Origin: Lingula anatina
Lineage: Eukaryota; Animalia; Brachiopoda
Assembly: GCA_051362555.1 (NCBI GenBank)
Contig: CM120640.1
Coordinates: 36,537,967 to 36,601,966, forward strand
Direction: 5' to 3'
DNA: 64,000 nucleotides
In this document: piece by piece, positions 1-14,700 of the stretch
Numbering within the stretch: position 1 is the stretch's first letter
Layout: every line of letters starts with the position of its first letter
Notes under the pieces: model-generated
Database searches by the model: none
Seen by the model: only the letters and a program-made list of their open reading frames with translations
What the model was told of the DNA's origin: nothing
Position numbers and translations under genes: made by a program

Positions 1-2058
1 TTGACTATCTGAGTTTGGCTTAAAACTATTTGTCTAGATCCAACTATTGGTTCAATATGCCAGTGGTAACTAAGTAATGTGTTTGTCACAGCAAAGAATG
101 AGATTCTTTTTACCTGTGGGGAATGTTATTTAAGATATTGCTATATATGTGCATTAGTCAGTTTCAAGTTCAGCTGGGAACCATCAGGATTTCTGTCCAT
201 AAAGAAAGAAATGATAGAATAATGGGACAATGGTCAAAGCGAAACAGATGTGTCTCAAATATATAATATTGAGGTAAAAAAGCAGGAATGTGCTGGAAAT
301 CAATTAAAAGATAAATAAAGTAACAATGACAAGATATTATTAAAATGGCTGTATAAAATTAATTATGGATAATAGATATGCTTGTTTGGGTTGAACTTTG
401 CCTAACAAGCACTGAACTAGTCAATAGTGAATGCTTGATAATGAGAAGCATTAAATATTAATGATATTAAAGACGTTATTTACAAGTAGTCCTGTGTGGC
501 GACTGCAATGACCCTTGTGTATTTGAATATATTGCAGTACCTGTAAGTGAACATATATTATTGATCTAGTAAGAGTACCTTTAACAGCATATCAGTATTC
601 TTAAGGCTCAGTATGTAGCCCTTCCTGACATATTAAAGGTCGTTAGCGATCATGCTGTGCCACATTTCTTTGTCTTTTGTCGTCTCTGGCAGCTCTGCTC
701 CGTGTTTTATTTTTTTTACACTTCTCCCCTTCAATCATCTCTTCAGACTTGGGCATTCGAGTCAATCAGTTAGCATGCAGTTACTGTGATGAAAAAAATT
801 TTTTTTTTTAAGAAGTATGCATTCATACATATGCATAAGTGAATTGGAAACGTACTCCATAAAATCTGGTTTTTGATGTTTATTGGAATTGATAGAATAA
901 GAGTGGTTTGAATTGGGAGCATGTTGCACATGTGCAGGTATGTTAGTTTAGAGAGGTCATGACTTGTTTTTGAAATTGCTTTTATTACCAACCTGTGTTG
1001 CAGATGAATATACTAGAAATGCTAGTATATTAAAATGTTAGAAAGCCTCAATGTAATAAAAACAGCTTCACTCGCCTTGCATTTTAAGTGTTAAAGAATT
1101 TGAAAAAGATACCTTTTTTTAAATCCTGAAGTGGATCATTAGATGTGTATATATGTAATAGGTCAGCCAAGCTTTTCTACCAGGGTTTTTCTTTGATTAA
1201 TTATACTCTGGAATGGCTTGACAACTGTTAGGTTTTTTATCCAAGCAGCTTGAAATAATTGCTCTTTATTTCCAAGTATGCAGCTATTATTTTTCCGCGT
1301 GTCACTTTAAATATCATGGGCATCAATAAATGGGTTTGTGTAAGAATGTAGTAAGCTTGGCATGCATGGCTTGATATATGGGTGATATTATGTCCTTCGC
1401 AAGGCAACAATAGCTTGGTGCCAGAGGAATGTGCTTTGAATAAAGTTACTTCACGTCAAAGGTTCAGACCCCCTAAAAATACAATCTCTGCATATGTTTA
1501 GTAGAGTATGAATCATTGTATTGATACAAACCAGGTTAATATGTTTGCTATTATGGCAAGGGCTGATGTGATATTATATTAATGTGCCCTTGTGATTGTT
1601 AAGTATGCATTATAAGAAAAAAGCAGCGCTCATCAGGTGTGTAGCATATGGGTAATTGCAATTTAAGTTATAAAATTATTATGCATGGCACAAAACAATT
1701 CATATTAATAACAATTCATAGTTTAAGGAGATCCCACTCTTAAGTACCATCTTCTTATTTTTGAAAACAATTTAGAGAGTTAATTAATAACATGAAGTGA
1801 AAGATTGTTAAATGCTGTATCAAAGAGCATGCAAAATAAATGTGAAAATGTTCTTTTGATGGGCAAAGTTGGCAACATCATAGTGAATATATATATATAT
1901 ATATAGTGAATAGTCATTTTTCATTTTTGGTCACAAAATAAGCAAGCATGATTCCATATTATTAAGATTAAGTATTACATTTGCTCTTTATGTATTATCA
2001 CAGTGGTAATTGTAGTTGGTCTTCTTATAAATGTTGTGTCTGTTTCTTTTATTTTCAG

Positions 2059-2133
2059 TCATAATACTCAAGTCAGCACATTTACGCACCCTGTCACAGG
2101 AGAGGTCATGGCAGAGGAGGGAGCACCTCAACA
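2059..2133 (+). CDS. PLEKHA exon, C-terminal part of a WW domain
   Basis: ttttcag|..|gtaag; phase 2-2; HNTQVSTFTHPVTGEVMAEEGAPQ resembles the HNxxTTxFxHPVTG end of WW2 in PLEKHA5/7. Confidence 0.8.
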
Positions 2134-2164
2134 GTAAGACAGATTTTACTTTGAATATTTTCTC

Positions 2165-2213
<49 letters not shown>

Positions 2214-2741
2214 ATACCCAAGCCTTTCATTAGTCCTTGCACATAGATATCTAAGATCCAGGAGAACATGAGGGTAGAAAAGCTGGCCTTTTGTATCATT
2301 GAAAGGAAGCTCAGTTTTGTCTATGTGTTTATGAACGTTTCTGGTATTTTGTCATTTTCAGAATAAATGCACACATGCATGCTCACACACATATACACAC
2401 ACTTTTCCCTATGTTCAATATTAATATTTCCCTTCATGGTTTCATTTCATAAATACAGACATTTGGTTATCGTGAATGAGATACCTTCCCAACTGCTATT
2501 ATTAGGGAATCCCTGATAAGGGTTATAAAGTAGCAAAAGCTTTAAATGGTGTCTCCTTTTGTTGATGCATCGTATAGCTTGTTTGAAAGAAGCAAAATAA
2601 TCCAAATTATAAACAAATAAATGTATTTTTAACAGTGAAGGCTGGGGATGGCTTAGAAATGATTTATTTTGCTCAGTGATGCATTATTTGTACAATTTCA
2701 ATGATATACCCTTTTTAAGACGTGTAGATACTTCCCTGCCC

Positions 2742-2782
<41 letters not shown>

Positions 2783-5700
2783 GATAAATCCTCTGAATAT
2801 CGAAATATGTCATTAATTGATTAATTGTCGGGAAGGTTAGTTAAATTCAAACTCAGAATTAAGAGAAGGGAGGGGCATTTTTCATCACCAATTTAATTTA
2901 GAAAATTGCGAATATTCTTAATTGGGACTTAATTTTGAAGTTCATTGGGAATGATACATTTAAAATGTCCTTAAAACTTCAAACCCCTAAGAGCCATCTG
3001 TGTAATGTCTGCATAATGCATTTTCTGACCATTATTTGCCTGTCTTTCATACAGCTGTTTTACCATAAGAAATATAGGTTAGATGTTGTCATGACTGAAG
3101 ATTGTTTTTTTCCCTAAATTTTGTTTCCCACATTGTCACTGCAAGAATTGGTAAAAAAAAATCTACCTGTCTCATTTTAAATACTAGGTAAAACAGTGAC
3201 GTGTCACAAAAATGAGCTTGTTCCGTATTGGCCTGGGTTTTACATGCACTCTTTACAAGAGATCTTTATAATGTCAGCAGCCGCTTATGTGACATAGCAT
3301 AACATAATATATACTGACAGTAGGTGAACTCCTCTGTATACATGGATTAATGACAGACTATTATGCCAGAACTGCTTTTACGCCCGGCTTTGATGAACAC
3401 CACTTTCTACAGTATATACACTTAAAATGCTTTGCAGTAAATTTGAATTTTTTTGTTCACATCAGTCCAAAAATGGGGTTTTATTCCCACCTGTTAACTA
3501 ATTGTCATCTCCAACCAGGGTAGCTTACAATGTTGGGGAACATGTTTTTGAATCCAGGCAGCATGCTTCAGGCCTGAGTCACTGCCTTGTTGTTTAAAAA
3601 GTTAAACTTGTTTTTGGCTGTTAATTGGCCAGGTTGGCATTCAGTTGTATACTGTTTGTGACTTCATGTTGGAAACATTATCATGCATGTTGCCTTGTTA
3701 GTCGGGGTTGAATTTTTAGCAAATGTCTTCTGCCTTTTATATAGTTTTGGTGCTCTTGTGTGATTAAGCATAGACTTACAATATAGAGTTTGTTAATTCT
3801 ACTTGCAGGAAAATAGAAAGTCCAAAGGAGAAAAGTAGCATAGAACCCAAGAGAGGGGTAAGTAATTGCAAACATTATCACATTTACACAAAACATTCTT
3901 ACACTCATTATGCAAAATTACTACTCTCAGTATATCTAGATAGGTAGTATTTTGAATTCTTATCAAAGTTTTAAAAATATGCTAAGGGTGTGAATTAAAA
4001 CATTGTCTGGTTTTCATGTTGATGTTTCTTTTTAAAAAATGAAAATAGTCAGTGTATGTTCATCATTTTTGTTTACTACTGGACAGGTACAAATGTCATA
4101 TTAAGTAAAGCATTGCTATTTGTGAAAATAAAAAACAAAATGCTTCCTTTACTTTTTTAAAGAAACAACAATCAGTAATGAAAAAGATCTTAATGAATTC
4201 AAGGTGCCCAGAAAATTTAAAAATACAGAGCTATTTGTTTAATTCAATTGATCCGTAATATCTTTATAGAAGAGAGAGTATTTTTATGTTGGCAGTTATT
4301 GCATTAAGTCAACTGTTCCTGTCAGAAAACCTTGGTTGATAAGCAAAACATTAAACTCTATTGATTCTTGTGTGTAAAGATTCTGCAGTTACTCAAAAGT
4401 CAACTTCTCATATGTCAATTTTGGGGTTGAAATAAGCATACAACTGTGCAATTAGTCAAATCAAAGGCAATGTCCCCCAATTTTTTTAAAAAGAAAACCA
4501 AGAAAAGCAAATCCATTATTTAAGTCTAGAATATTACAGTAGTATGAATGAGTAAAGTAATACCACAGGTTTTAAATGTATATATCACAAAATTATGTCC
4601 AGTTTCTAGGCCAGTATATTTGAGAATTAACCCAGTCTAGTATCATGATATCACTACTTAAATATTGAAAAATTGTTTAACTAAAGAGGGCCCTCTGTGA
4701 AGATAAATGGATCAGGTAAAAAAAGGTAAAAAATGTTTTGGTACACCCAGTATATCAGCTATTTGATCAAAATGTAAAACATAAAGGTTTGCCTCCTGAG
4801 TGTGTTTAGATTTTACACTTTTTTCTCATTGTGCAAACTGGTGCCCTGGATAGAAACAACATACAGTAAATAGATATAGTGTTGTGTTGCTTTGCAGGTG
4901 GTGTTTCATTCAAGGCTTCTGGAGTCTAAAGCCCAAACTTCTAATATTTCTCTGTCATGTTGAATAACTGAAGAAATACTTCAGGATAATTAATAAGTGG
5001 TAGTAAGAATGTTGTGTGTGCACACTACCTGTTTTCCCCACAAAGCAACATTGGTCTGGTCCTGATTTGTTTTGTGCCTGTTTTCATGCAAAGGTTTGAT
5101 TTGGTGCTTTTTCTGTTTTCCAGAGTTTGATCAAGAAAGGAAGCAAAAAGCAAGTATTTTTTCTTACTAGATTTAATCGCTGCTCGTGAATCACAAGAGT
5201 GAAATTTAACTTAAATCATATAAAATGAAAATTTTGTCTTATTCACAGTGGTAATCATTATCCAGAATATTAGATTATGTCTGAGTGGTTATTGATTTAG
5301 AAATAAACAGGCAATTGATAAAAAAACCTAAGTGCTTGAGATTTCAGTGTTTGTAATATGAAGACTGGATTAGGTTGCCTCAGGGATTTTTTTAATAGTC
5401 GTGTTATAATGCTGTTCAGCAGTATCTGTGCCATTTACCTTGAGTAACTACGTAATAATGTCTGGCTTGATGTACTTGAGTCAGATTGACTGTTGTGTGT
5501 CACATTGTCTGTCTGCTAAATGATTCAGCGCGTAATTTTACGGCTGAGTTGAGGCGCAACTTCATTTTCTGTTAAACAGCAAGGCATCACTTTCTAGCCA
5601 TTCAAATTTGTTGTAGCAGTTCAATTATAGTGGATTTTCTCTGACAGAGAACTCACTCAAGCTTATCCAAACTTGTCTGGATTGATGAATTTTACTTTAT

Positions 5701-8700
5701 TTTTTTTAACGAAATCATTCACTGTCTTGGCTCAGCTTACCTAAATTCCGTAGTGATTTAAACAAATATTGAATTAACCTGTTATTAGATTTTACCGCCT
5801 AAAAGAAATGTATATTGTGTCTTCTTGATTACATGGATGAGTTTTTTGCTGCTGTTTCTGCTTTTATACTTTTTGAAAGTTAAATTTGGCAAACTGTTGT
5901 TTTAAATTTTCATCTGTGTAACTATTATTTTAAAAATCGGTAAAGAAATAAGCAAATTATTAAATTTTCTTTATGTAAAGCAAGCTGGTTAGCCATGTAG
6001 TGAAAATGCTATGCGGTTGTGCATACTTAGTTCCTTCCAACTCTGCAACAGTGTTCAAAAGTTTGCCAAATAAATTTGGAATGCCCCATTCTTACTCCCA
6101 TACATACGCAGGTGCTGTGTGTAGGATGAAAAATCTTATTCAGTGACTTGTAATAAGACCCCTGCCTTTTTCTCTCTTCTGCTTGAATTATCTGCATGGT
6201 AAGTGAAACGATCTGAAATGATGAGCATGTTATTCATTCTTATCTAGGATTGTTGACTCTCCGATGGCCAAGCGAAGCGAGGAGGCCCCAGTCTCTATGA
6301 AGGGCTGGCTGTATAAACAGGTAGGCAAGAAATGCTCTACAGTAGTATGTCATGTAGTGGTAGTGTGTCTTTAGGTATATTGTAGTTTCAGTGACAAAAA
6401 AAGTTGATACGTACATTTATAGTGGTTGGTTTGGGTTGACACAAACCTTTCTTTTGACCATGTGGCAGTGTGTGTTTAGATACATATTTAAGTTTAAGTT
6501 ACGAAGATTAAGTATGTATATTATTAGTAAGAAACATGCAAGTTTTATGCAAGTTCAAAGTTGCATTTTTTCATGTTTATATAAAATATACGTTAAGTTA
6601 TACAATTGACAGGTCATTATATACTTGACAAGTCAGGATGATGTAATCTTACATGTTGAACTATGTGAAAAAATAAAACAAGGTGTCCTGGTAGCAATTT
6701 TTATGAAAAAAATGGCTTAATACAGGGAAGTGAACATAAATATATAGCCTCGATGTCCAACTACGGTTGGTTGGTTTTATGGAACACGGCTATGCAATAA
6801 ACCATCAGTAATCTCCTGGCACAATTTTATAACAAGTGGAGAAAGATGCCATATATTAAGTAATGGGCTTTGACAAAAGCTTTTGCTACCTGCCCATTGC
6901 TGGAAGTGTAGGAGGTTACATAAGCCTACAGTGAATGTTTGGATTAGTCACAACTCCATGTGATTTAGTGGCTGTGATAAAGGGGGCAACCTCAACCCTG
7001 GAGGGACAGCGAACCACTTAAAATTCCCATTAAGTGACCTGTGTGAGTGTGTGTAGAGAGCTTGTCTTAGAGTGATTTGGACAGGGCTTGTAGCAGTAGC
7101 TGTAGCGCTCAGTACATGTATTTTGCCATTTTAGGTGTGTGTTTACATGCAAACTGCATAATATCATCGTTGCTCGCTCGCTTTACGTTGACATGTGTGA
7201 ATGAGCAGGTATTGGGTTTGAGGCTAGGTACCCTTTCAGGTGATGTGGCACAGTGAGTATACAGCTGAGTTTATGATACTATTTTGTGGGAAAAATAATG
7301 TCAGAGTAAGGAACTGACTGGAGGGCTATAACCCTATATGTGTGCTGTATGCGGCAAAGAAAGATGCCACATATTGAAGTGGTGCAGCCAGTGGAACAAT
7401 ACGCGTCTTTGTTATTCTGTTTTTACAGGAGGGAGGGACCATTAAGCAGTGGAAAAGAAGGTGGTTTGTCCTGTCCGACTTTTGTCTGTTTTATTATAAA
7501 GGTAAGGGTGATATCAGAGCATCAACCACACTGAGTGATGTCAGATCACAGCACAGAGATACATATACATGAGTCATTTGTACGGATTGCACCTGTATTA
7601 TGATGGGTCAAATGATATAGTGTGGGCAATTTGTTTAGTTAAAAAGCACATTTTGATATTATATCAATTGCCTCAAGATATAAGAATAGCTGATAGTCTG
7701 TTTTGTTGTTTGCATTTGCCTCACACTGTTTAGTCTATAAAATGTGCGAAAATGATTCATGGATGAAATGGACTGGTTGTGAATACAAGAGACAATTTAT
7801 ATGCAGCTTGACTTAATGAAGGAAGATATCATCAAACACTGTGACATACTATGAGACAGAAGAATGTTTGACATTCCTTCACGTTCAGATTTCTTAAGAT
7901 TCATTTCCTAAATTTACTTGACTATTTTTATCTCTGCATTGAAATTGCAGCAAGATTTGGGCAATATTTATGATTTATTTTATTTTATCTGAACATTTTC
8001 TTAGGCCCAGAGGAACAACAGACTTTAGGCTCTATTCTGTTACCAAGCTACAAGATTAACCCATGCGCAAGAGATGATGGAATAGGGAAGAAATTTGCTT
8101 TCAAGGTACTGATGTGTGCATAAAAAAACCCTCTTGATATGTCTGCATAGCATATAGTGTATTGAAAATATTCCTATCCTATCTTTTTGCAACTTGTGAA
8201 AGGTTAGATATGGTATGGTTTAGCTTTGGATAATATTAAAGAAACAAGAGAGCATGCACATTTAAAAATGATTAAGATTAATGAACTCCATATTGAGATG
8301 ACATACATGGACATTTCTGAATCGATCATTGACAGATATTGTATGTCCAGATATAGTTGAAAAAACTCTAGTGTATTTTTTGTGTACTGTATATACTCAC
8401 ATTGAAGAAACCTATTTGTCACCCATCTTCCTCCAGGCTGAGCATCAGAACATGAGGACCTACTACTTTGCTGCAGAGACCAAGGAAGGGATGCAGAAAT
8501 GGATGAATGCCATGAGCCTAGCCACCATTTTGCAGAGAGATCCAACGTAAGACTGTGTGTTAGCATTCAGAAAGAAGGGGCAATGTATAAATTAAAAAAA
8601 CACATAGGTTTGAAAAAAAAAAAAGAGTCGATTTCTGCAAAACAGTATGGGATATTTTGGGAATGCAAATTATGGGAGTAGGGAGGGATCAGAAAGACAT

Positions 8701-11700
8701 TAAAAAGGTATGAATGCTCAACTGAAGCATGGTACAAACAAAAAGGCACTGCCACACTGTACTAATATACAAGTGAACTGCTAGCTCCTAGCTACTGTGA
8801 AAAATTGGATTTAGTTTGATGAATTAGGTGATGTAGATGGTTTAAATAAATTGCGTTTTTTGTAGCCTTAGTCAGTACTAATTTTAGCAATTGTAGCATG
8901 ACTTTTTAACTCATTAAAGCATCTTCTCACATTTTGTGACACTGATCAATATATTCTCTAAAAAATAATAGAATACTACAAGTTTAAGTCTGCTTCTTGA
9001 TATCTAGTCAGTGTTCTGTAACACGAGCATGTTTCTTTTTGTCTTATGTTTTTATTTTCTGTAGCTATCAAAGACGATGGCAGCAGACCTCTCAGTACCC
9101 CCCACATGACTACCATAGCAACGCCAGGTCTGTCTGTGGTAGAATATTTGGTGATATTTTTTTTGAAAAAAACATGCTGCTTATTTACATAACCTGCCTC
9201 TAACAAAGCATAAGTTGTTTTTTTTTTCATATGGCATCCACACTACCAGACCTTTAGCCCTCGGGAAGACTTGATGCATTCCCCCTGTTCTTTTTAGAAT
9301 TGCAAAAAATTAAAGAATAATTTAGAAATTTTTCTTCAAATCTTCTCCTGAACATTAAAAGGAGAGTTTAAATGTTTCAGTATTCAGTAATATATGTTTC
9401 AGGTGCATGTTACACCTTATTTTCAAGTAGATTGCAGCCAAAGACTTGTAATCAGTCATAGCCTCAACACTTTGTATGGAAGTCTATTATAATCAATTCT
9501 GCTTTGTATAGTGGCAACATTGCAGTTGGAGTGGATGTTCTCCAGTATAGGCTTCTTACACATACCCCAGTCTTTTTGTTTTCTGTTTATCCTTATTCAT
9601 GGCTCTCTACCAGGGGCTGACTTGGTGATGACAAAGTTGTGTAAAAATCCTCATCGGACAAATATGTACACAGCTGTTGAAGAGTCAGAGAAATACCTGT
9701 GAATGTCTATCTACAAAAATTCCTCTGTAGCCCTGGTAGAGGGTACTTGTCTTGCTTAGCTAATCCTGTGTCACGGCTGTGATGAATTGATGCTTTAGTT
9801 CACTCTTAACCCATTGATTCTGTGAATCTATTGACATTGCTTCAACCAGCTTTTATTATAAGAAAATTTTAAAAAAATTTTGTTTTGTTATTTATCATGA
9901 GGAAATGTAACCATCTAACCCATTTAACCAAACATATTTCAGCATAAAGATTTATCAATGAACAGCTTTTTCTGGTGCAGGTAACATTTTGGTTCATAAT
10001 GGTGCTTGAATATGGAAACGTGATGATGATGATAATATTATTAACAACTGATTGATCTGAGCATTAGAACCATATTGCATGCTGTTAATTTCATGTAACT
10101 TTATTGTCAAAGTATAAACAATATGCTACAAATATTGAACTTAAGTAAGAAAATTTTGTTAACATCAAAAGTGCTGGAACATGCATATGCAACAAATCTC
10201 ATTACTCTTTTCCCTTTTCTTTCAGTGTGGAGAGGCAGTTCAACCCTCCCCAGCCATCTCCAAATGTATCCAATGCCAGTGAAGATGCTGGATTTGGACC
10301 TCCACCTCATCGCCACCATCTTGCAGCACCCAATGTGCATGAAGTACCACCTGGCAGAAACAGTGATGGCTCAGATGCAATGAGAGACCAGTCTTACTCT
10401 GGTGGCAGACTCTTTGACCACTATAACCCCTCAAGTAATGGTCACATTCCACAAAATTACGATCCAAGGTCAGTTCCCAATGGCTATGGCCGCTCACTGC
10501 CAGACTCGGGCATGCAGAGAGGGAGCTACACATCAGAGTCTTCACACGGAGATTACAGACAGAGGGCACCACCGTACGGTGGCCCAGGTTCTGCGGGACC
10601 ACCACATCTTCCAGGCAACCAGCCTCATTCTGGTGACAGGGGTTACCCGGCAACACGCTCTAGTACCACTCTGCCTCAGGCGGGACCAGAGAGGGGGAGA
10701 TCTCCACAGAGACTGGGAACAAACAATAGGAGTATATCTTTAGACAGAAGGCAATTTCAGCAAGATCTGCCACCGTCTGGTGGCCCACCTGGGGCACCAA
10801 CACATAGTGCACCATTGCCTCAGCATCCACAGCAACAAGCACCGTCACAGTTCAGAAATCGTGAGGAACCCGTACGATCTGGTTACGTCCAACGTCGACC
10901 TGATTCTGGAGATTTCATGAGGCAGCGACAGAATATGCCATACGAACAAAAACAGCCAGGTAGTGCTCAGCCAGCAAGGCCAGTATCAGCTTATTATGAA
11001 TACGAAAGGCCACAAAGAACCGATCAACAGTTCAGGGACACACAAGGTGGCCGAGGTCATGGTGGCTCCTCAGAAATGCTTGGGCCACTCCAGGTCCATG
11101 TCAGTCAAGAATCCCAGAAGGATGCTGCTCAGAATGGCATGGGATATAGTGGCCCAGGCAGGTCAAAAGGAGACCAAGGAAGGCCCCTCAGCCAGTATGA
11201 TTACAACAGACCAGCTCAAGGTCAAGGAAGGAGTAATAATGATGAATCTTCTAGGAGAGAGTTGCAGAAACAAGAATCTCTACGACAGTTGAGAGACTGG
11301 CATAATAGAATGCAAAGGAGTAGTCTGAGTCGACCAGACCAGAGCCCAAATCCAGATCATTCTTCGCATCAGCCTCAGCAGACACAGGCTCAACACCTTA
11401 AACAGCCTGTATATGAGAACATTCCAGGACAAACTGCACGTAGAAATCTCAGCTCCAGTTTTCAGGAAGATTCCCCTGCCCCTGTCAGGCCCCCGTACCC
11501 TGCTGCATACAGGGACAAACTGGTAGAAGATGCTGCTGCAAAGAAGACCCCAACCACAGCTCAAAATATGTTGGAGTCTTCCCAGAATTCCATGCGGCAC
11601 GTGAATGAGCCTCATTTCTTCCAGTACCCACAGGTGCAGCAGACAAGGCCAGCACAGCCACAGGTAATTTAGATATACTATTAATGCTTGATTTGAAGCT

Positions 11701-14700
11701 GACTTTTAAACAGTCTGAACTATTCTCTGATCACCATAATAGGTAGTGCCTAAAATGGCTCCCTGAACCCTTCTTATAAAAGTTTCAGCTATTAAATTGA
11801 TATGTTAAAATATGATTCCTGGTATTCTAAAAAGCACATTTTGCACTAAATGTGTTCAGTAAAATATGTGAACACAAACTTTTCTTGATTCTAACTTGAC
11901 AAAAATGTCCTTCAGGAGCCCAGTGTTCCTGATAGCTATTTATGGGCCAAACAACACGTGGAGCAAGAGGAACAAAGACAGAAAGAACAACCAAAACCAA
12001 GAGAAGAGATGCCAAGATATCCAGACAGTTATTTGAAAGCTAAAGATGAAGTAGAAAGAATGCAACCCAGACCCAGAGAGAAAGGTAGGCCATTTCTTTA
12101 TGGTACACTGAAATTTAAGCTATTGTCCTTTATTACAGAAAATATAGAGAATCATTGCAATTGCTCAGAAACTCATGGTGGCATAATGAGGCTGTGTGAT
12201 GCTTTGCCAATGTAATTTTGACAAGAATATAAGTAAATGTTACTTGAAATTTAAATGTATTACAGAACAGGGACTGTTGGTAAGATAATACAACTTTTAA
12301 AAACATACAATTATTTGGGGGGGATTCAGGTTCATATTTCTTAATTACTTCCTGAAAAAGTAGTCTGATCTGTGCATAAAATCTTTGCATTAAATTTTGA
12401 ATGATTGCATGTGATTAATAATTAACAATGATACTAATTAACTGACAAGATGGGGTCATTGGTTAAAGACAAGGGGAAGGTAGTAGAGTCAGTATCGCTA
12501 GGGGTACAGATACCTCATGTGACAAAATAAAAAAAATTATCAGAACTATGGTGGAGAGAACATGAGTTACTAACCCCATTTCAGAGCATGAAGGACACCA
12601 AGATGACAGAAGAGCTCACTACGGGGGCTACCCCACTGTGGCGCAGGGGCATCGCCAGCCTGCCAAAGCAGACTATGAACACCTGGATAATTTCTATTCA
12701 AATCTCAATGATCCTCCAGGTACATGGGTGTGAAATCTGTGTGTGTTAAGTGATTATAGACGCAGACAGTCTTTTGTTACATTACATTACTAACATGAGT
12801 TGTGGCCATCACTGTTCACTTTATAATCTGTGAGGCTTTACAGCGGCATATTAAAAAGGGGAGGATTTGTTTTTCTAGTAACTGTTACCACATTGAAAGA
12901 TTGTTAGTATTATTTCTCATTGTGCCATGTGAATCCTGCATAGCAGTTTTTATAGGTTATAACTTATCTTTGTACTATTCTTATAACAGGGCCAATTTAT
13001 GGTGTTCTGTCATGCGCATACATTAAAGTGAAGAAAATTATGTCAAGATATTTAAAAGACCTGATAAGAACATCATGAAATTAGATCGGCTACAAGTTGT
13101 AGAATAGATCATATCTTGGTTTTTAACAGATAGCAGTTAACAGAGTTAATATATTTTTCAACTTACTAAGGTATTGGTTTTCTTCTGTTTCAGTCAGTAT
13201 TTTAGTTTATTTATTTTTATTTTAGCTACTTAGACATGAAACACTTTTGTTTTTAGTTGACAACTGTAATAATTAATAGAACAATAGTCAAGTCATTCTA
13301 AATAAGCCTTTTGTATTACTTGACTATAACATAATTAATTACACAACTAATGCTAATACTTCACTTGCAACTGATTGTGGGGCTTTGCAGCAGTGGATTT
13401 TTGCAGATGGACTTGCCTTTTAAACTAGCTTCAAAACATTGCATTAAATGTTTGCATTCTATCAGTGATAGACTTACAGGGTGTAACTTATTGAGCTTTA
13501 ATTTATCAATACATACAGTATTATTGCTGAAAACAATGTTGAACTTTCATTTAGCTTCTGTTATGGAACGAGTTAATAAGTGAATTATGTACAAAGTCTT
13601 TATATAACAAAAGGGACTCTTGGACATTTAATAATAAAATATACAGGAATACAGAATGACAGCTTATCAAAATTTTATTAAGGTTATTTATTATAATTAG
13701 TTATGTATGCAGTATAAGGTTTTATAAGCTGTGTGAGAGACAGAATTTTTGCTTAAGGGGAATCAATCACAAATTTGTTTAATAATACTAAATGGGGTTT
13801 TGAAAATCACTGCTTTTGGTTTTCTGCACAATAAGCACCCCTCAAATTAAAACCGGTTCTATCATTAATTCAGGATTCAGAAATCAGATAATGAAAATGA
13901 AATGATGCCCTATTGATGTGATTTTTGAAAAATTATCTGGGCAGAGGAATAGAAGTATGATTCTGGCCTGCTTTATGTTGGTGAAGTGTAGACAGCTGAG
14001 GGGTGCAGCATTTGGTTGCAGTGTGGTAGGTGTTCTTGTGTCGTCTGCCTTTTCTTTACAATGCTGTGTCACATAACAACAAGCTTATATTCATGCACCG
14101 TGTGGCTTAGCAACTAACTTAATGGTAGACATGTCATCTTCTTTTTATTTCCACTTTCATTATTATTCCTACTTTGGTAGAAAACAAGTTTTTTACATTT
14201 ATCAAATGTTCTTTTGCTACCAAATTTGTTGTTGTTGGTCCTAAATTTTGCTGGTCCTAAATTTTCTATCCAGTGTTCATTTATTAATTTTTACAATCTT
14301 TCTGTTATTTTATATACGAGTAAACTTCTGTTTGCTTTGAATTCAACTCCTTCCTTTTGCTTGGTTGGCTTAAAGCTTTTAAAAAGAAAATGGCTTGTGT
14401 CCTAGGGATTGTTTTAACTTTGATTTGCTGGTATTGGTGCATGTCTCTGCATGTTGTTATGTGCTTTGTTTTGTTATCAGAAGGCAGGCATGGAGAAAGG
14501 GGTGATACAAGAACTCCACACCAAGAAAGGGTTGCATCCACAGTGACCATTAATAAAGATAACTCAAAAGTACCTCATAGATCTCTAGGTGATGAAAATC
14601 TCAGTGATTCGGCCATACCTGATTTCTCATTCAGAGATATATTGGAGGGATCTGTCCATAGTGGCAAAACACCCACAATTGCAAATACAGATGAATCTAT

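Noticed and set aside
1988-2299. 103-aa poly-Lys ORF (and 36968-37231)
   Set aside because: Artefacts of poly(T) tracts; the real coding piece here is the 75-nt + strand exon
5124-5153. Exon-like 30 nt (SLIKKGSKKQ) with a good acceptor
   Set aside because: Open only in phase 0 or 1; the host intron is phase 2, where it hits TGA immediately
10240-11615. Overlapping antisense and alternative-frame ORFs in the large exon
   Set aside because: Expected shadows of a GC-richer coding exon; no motifs
14357-14480. Hydrophobic, signal-peptide-like start of the 343-aa ORF
   Set aside because: It is the T-rich intron and pyrimidine tract upstream of the acceptor at 14480
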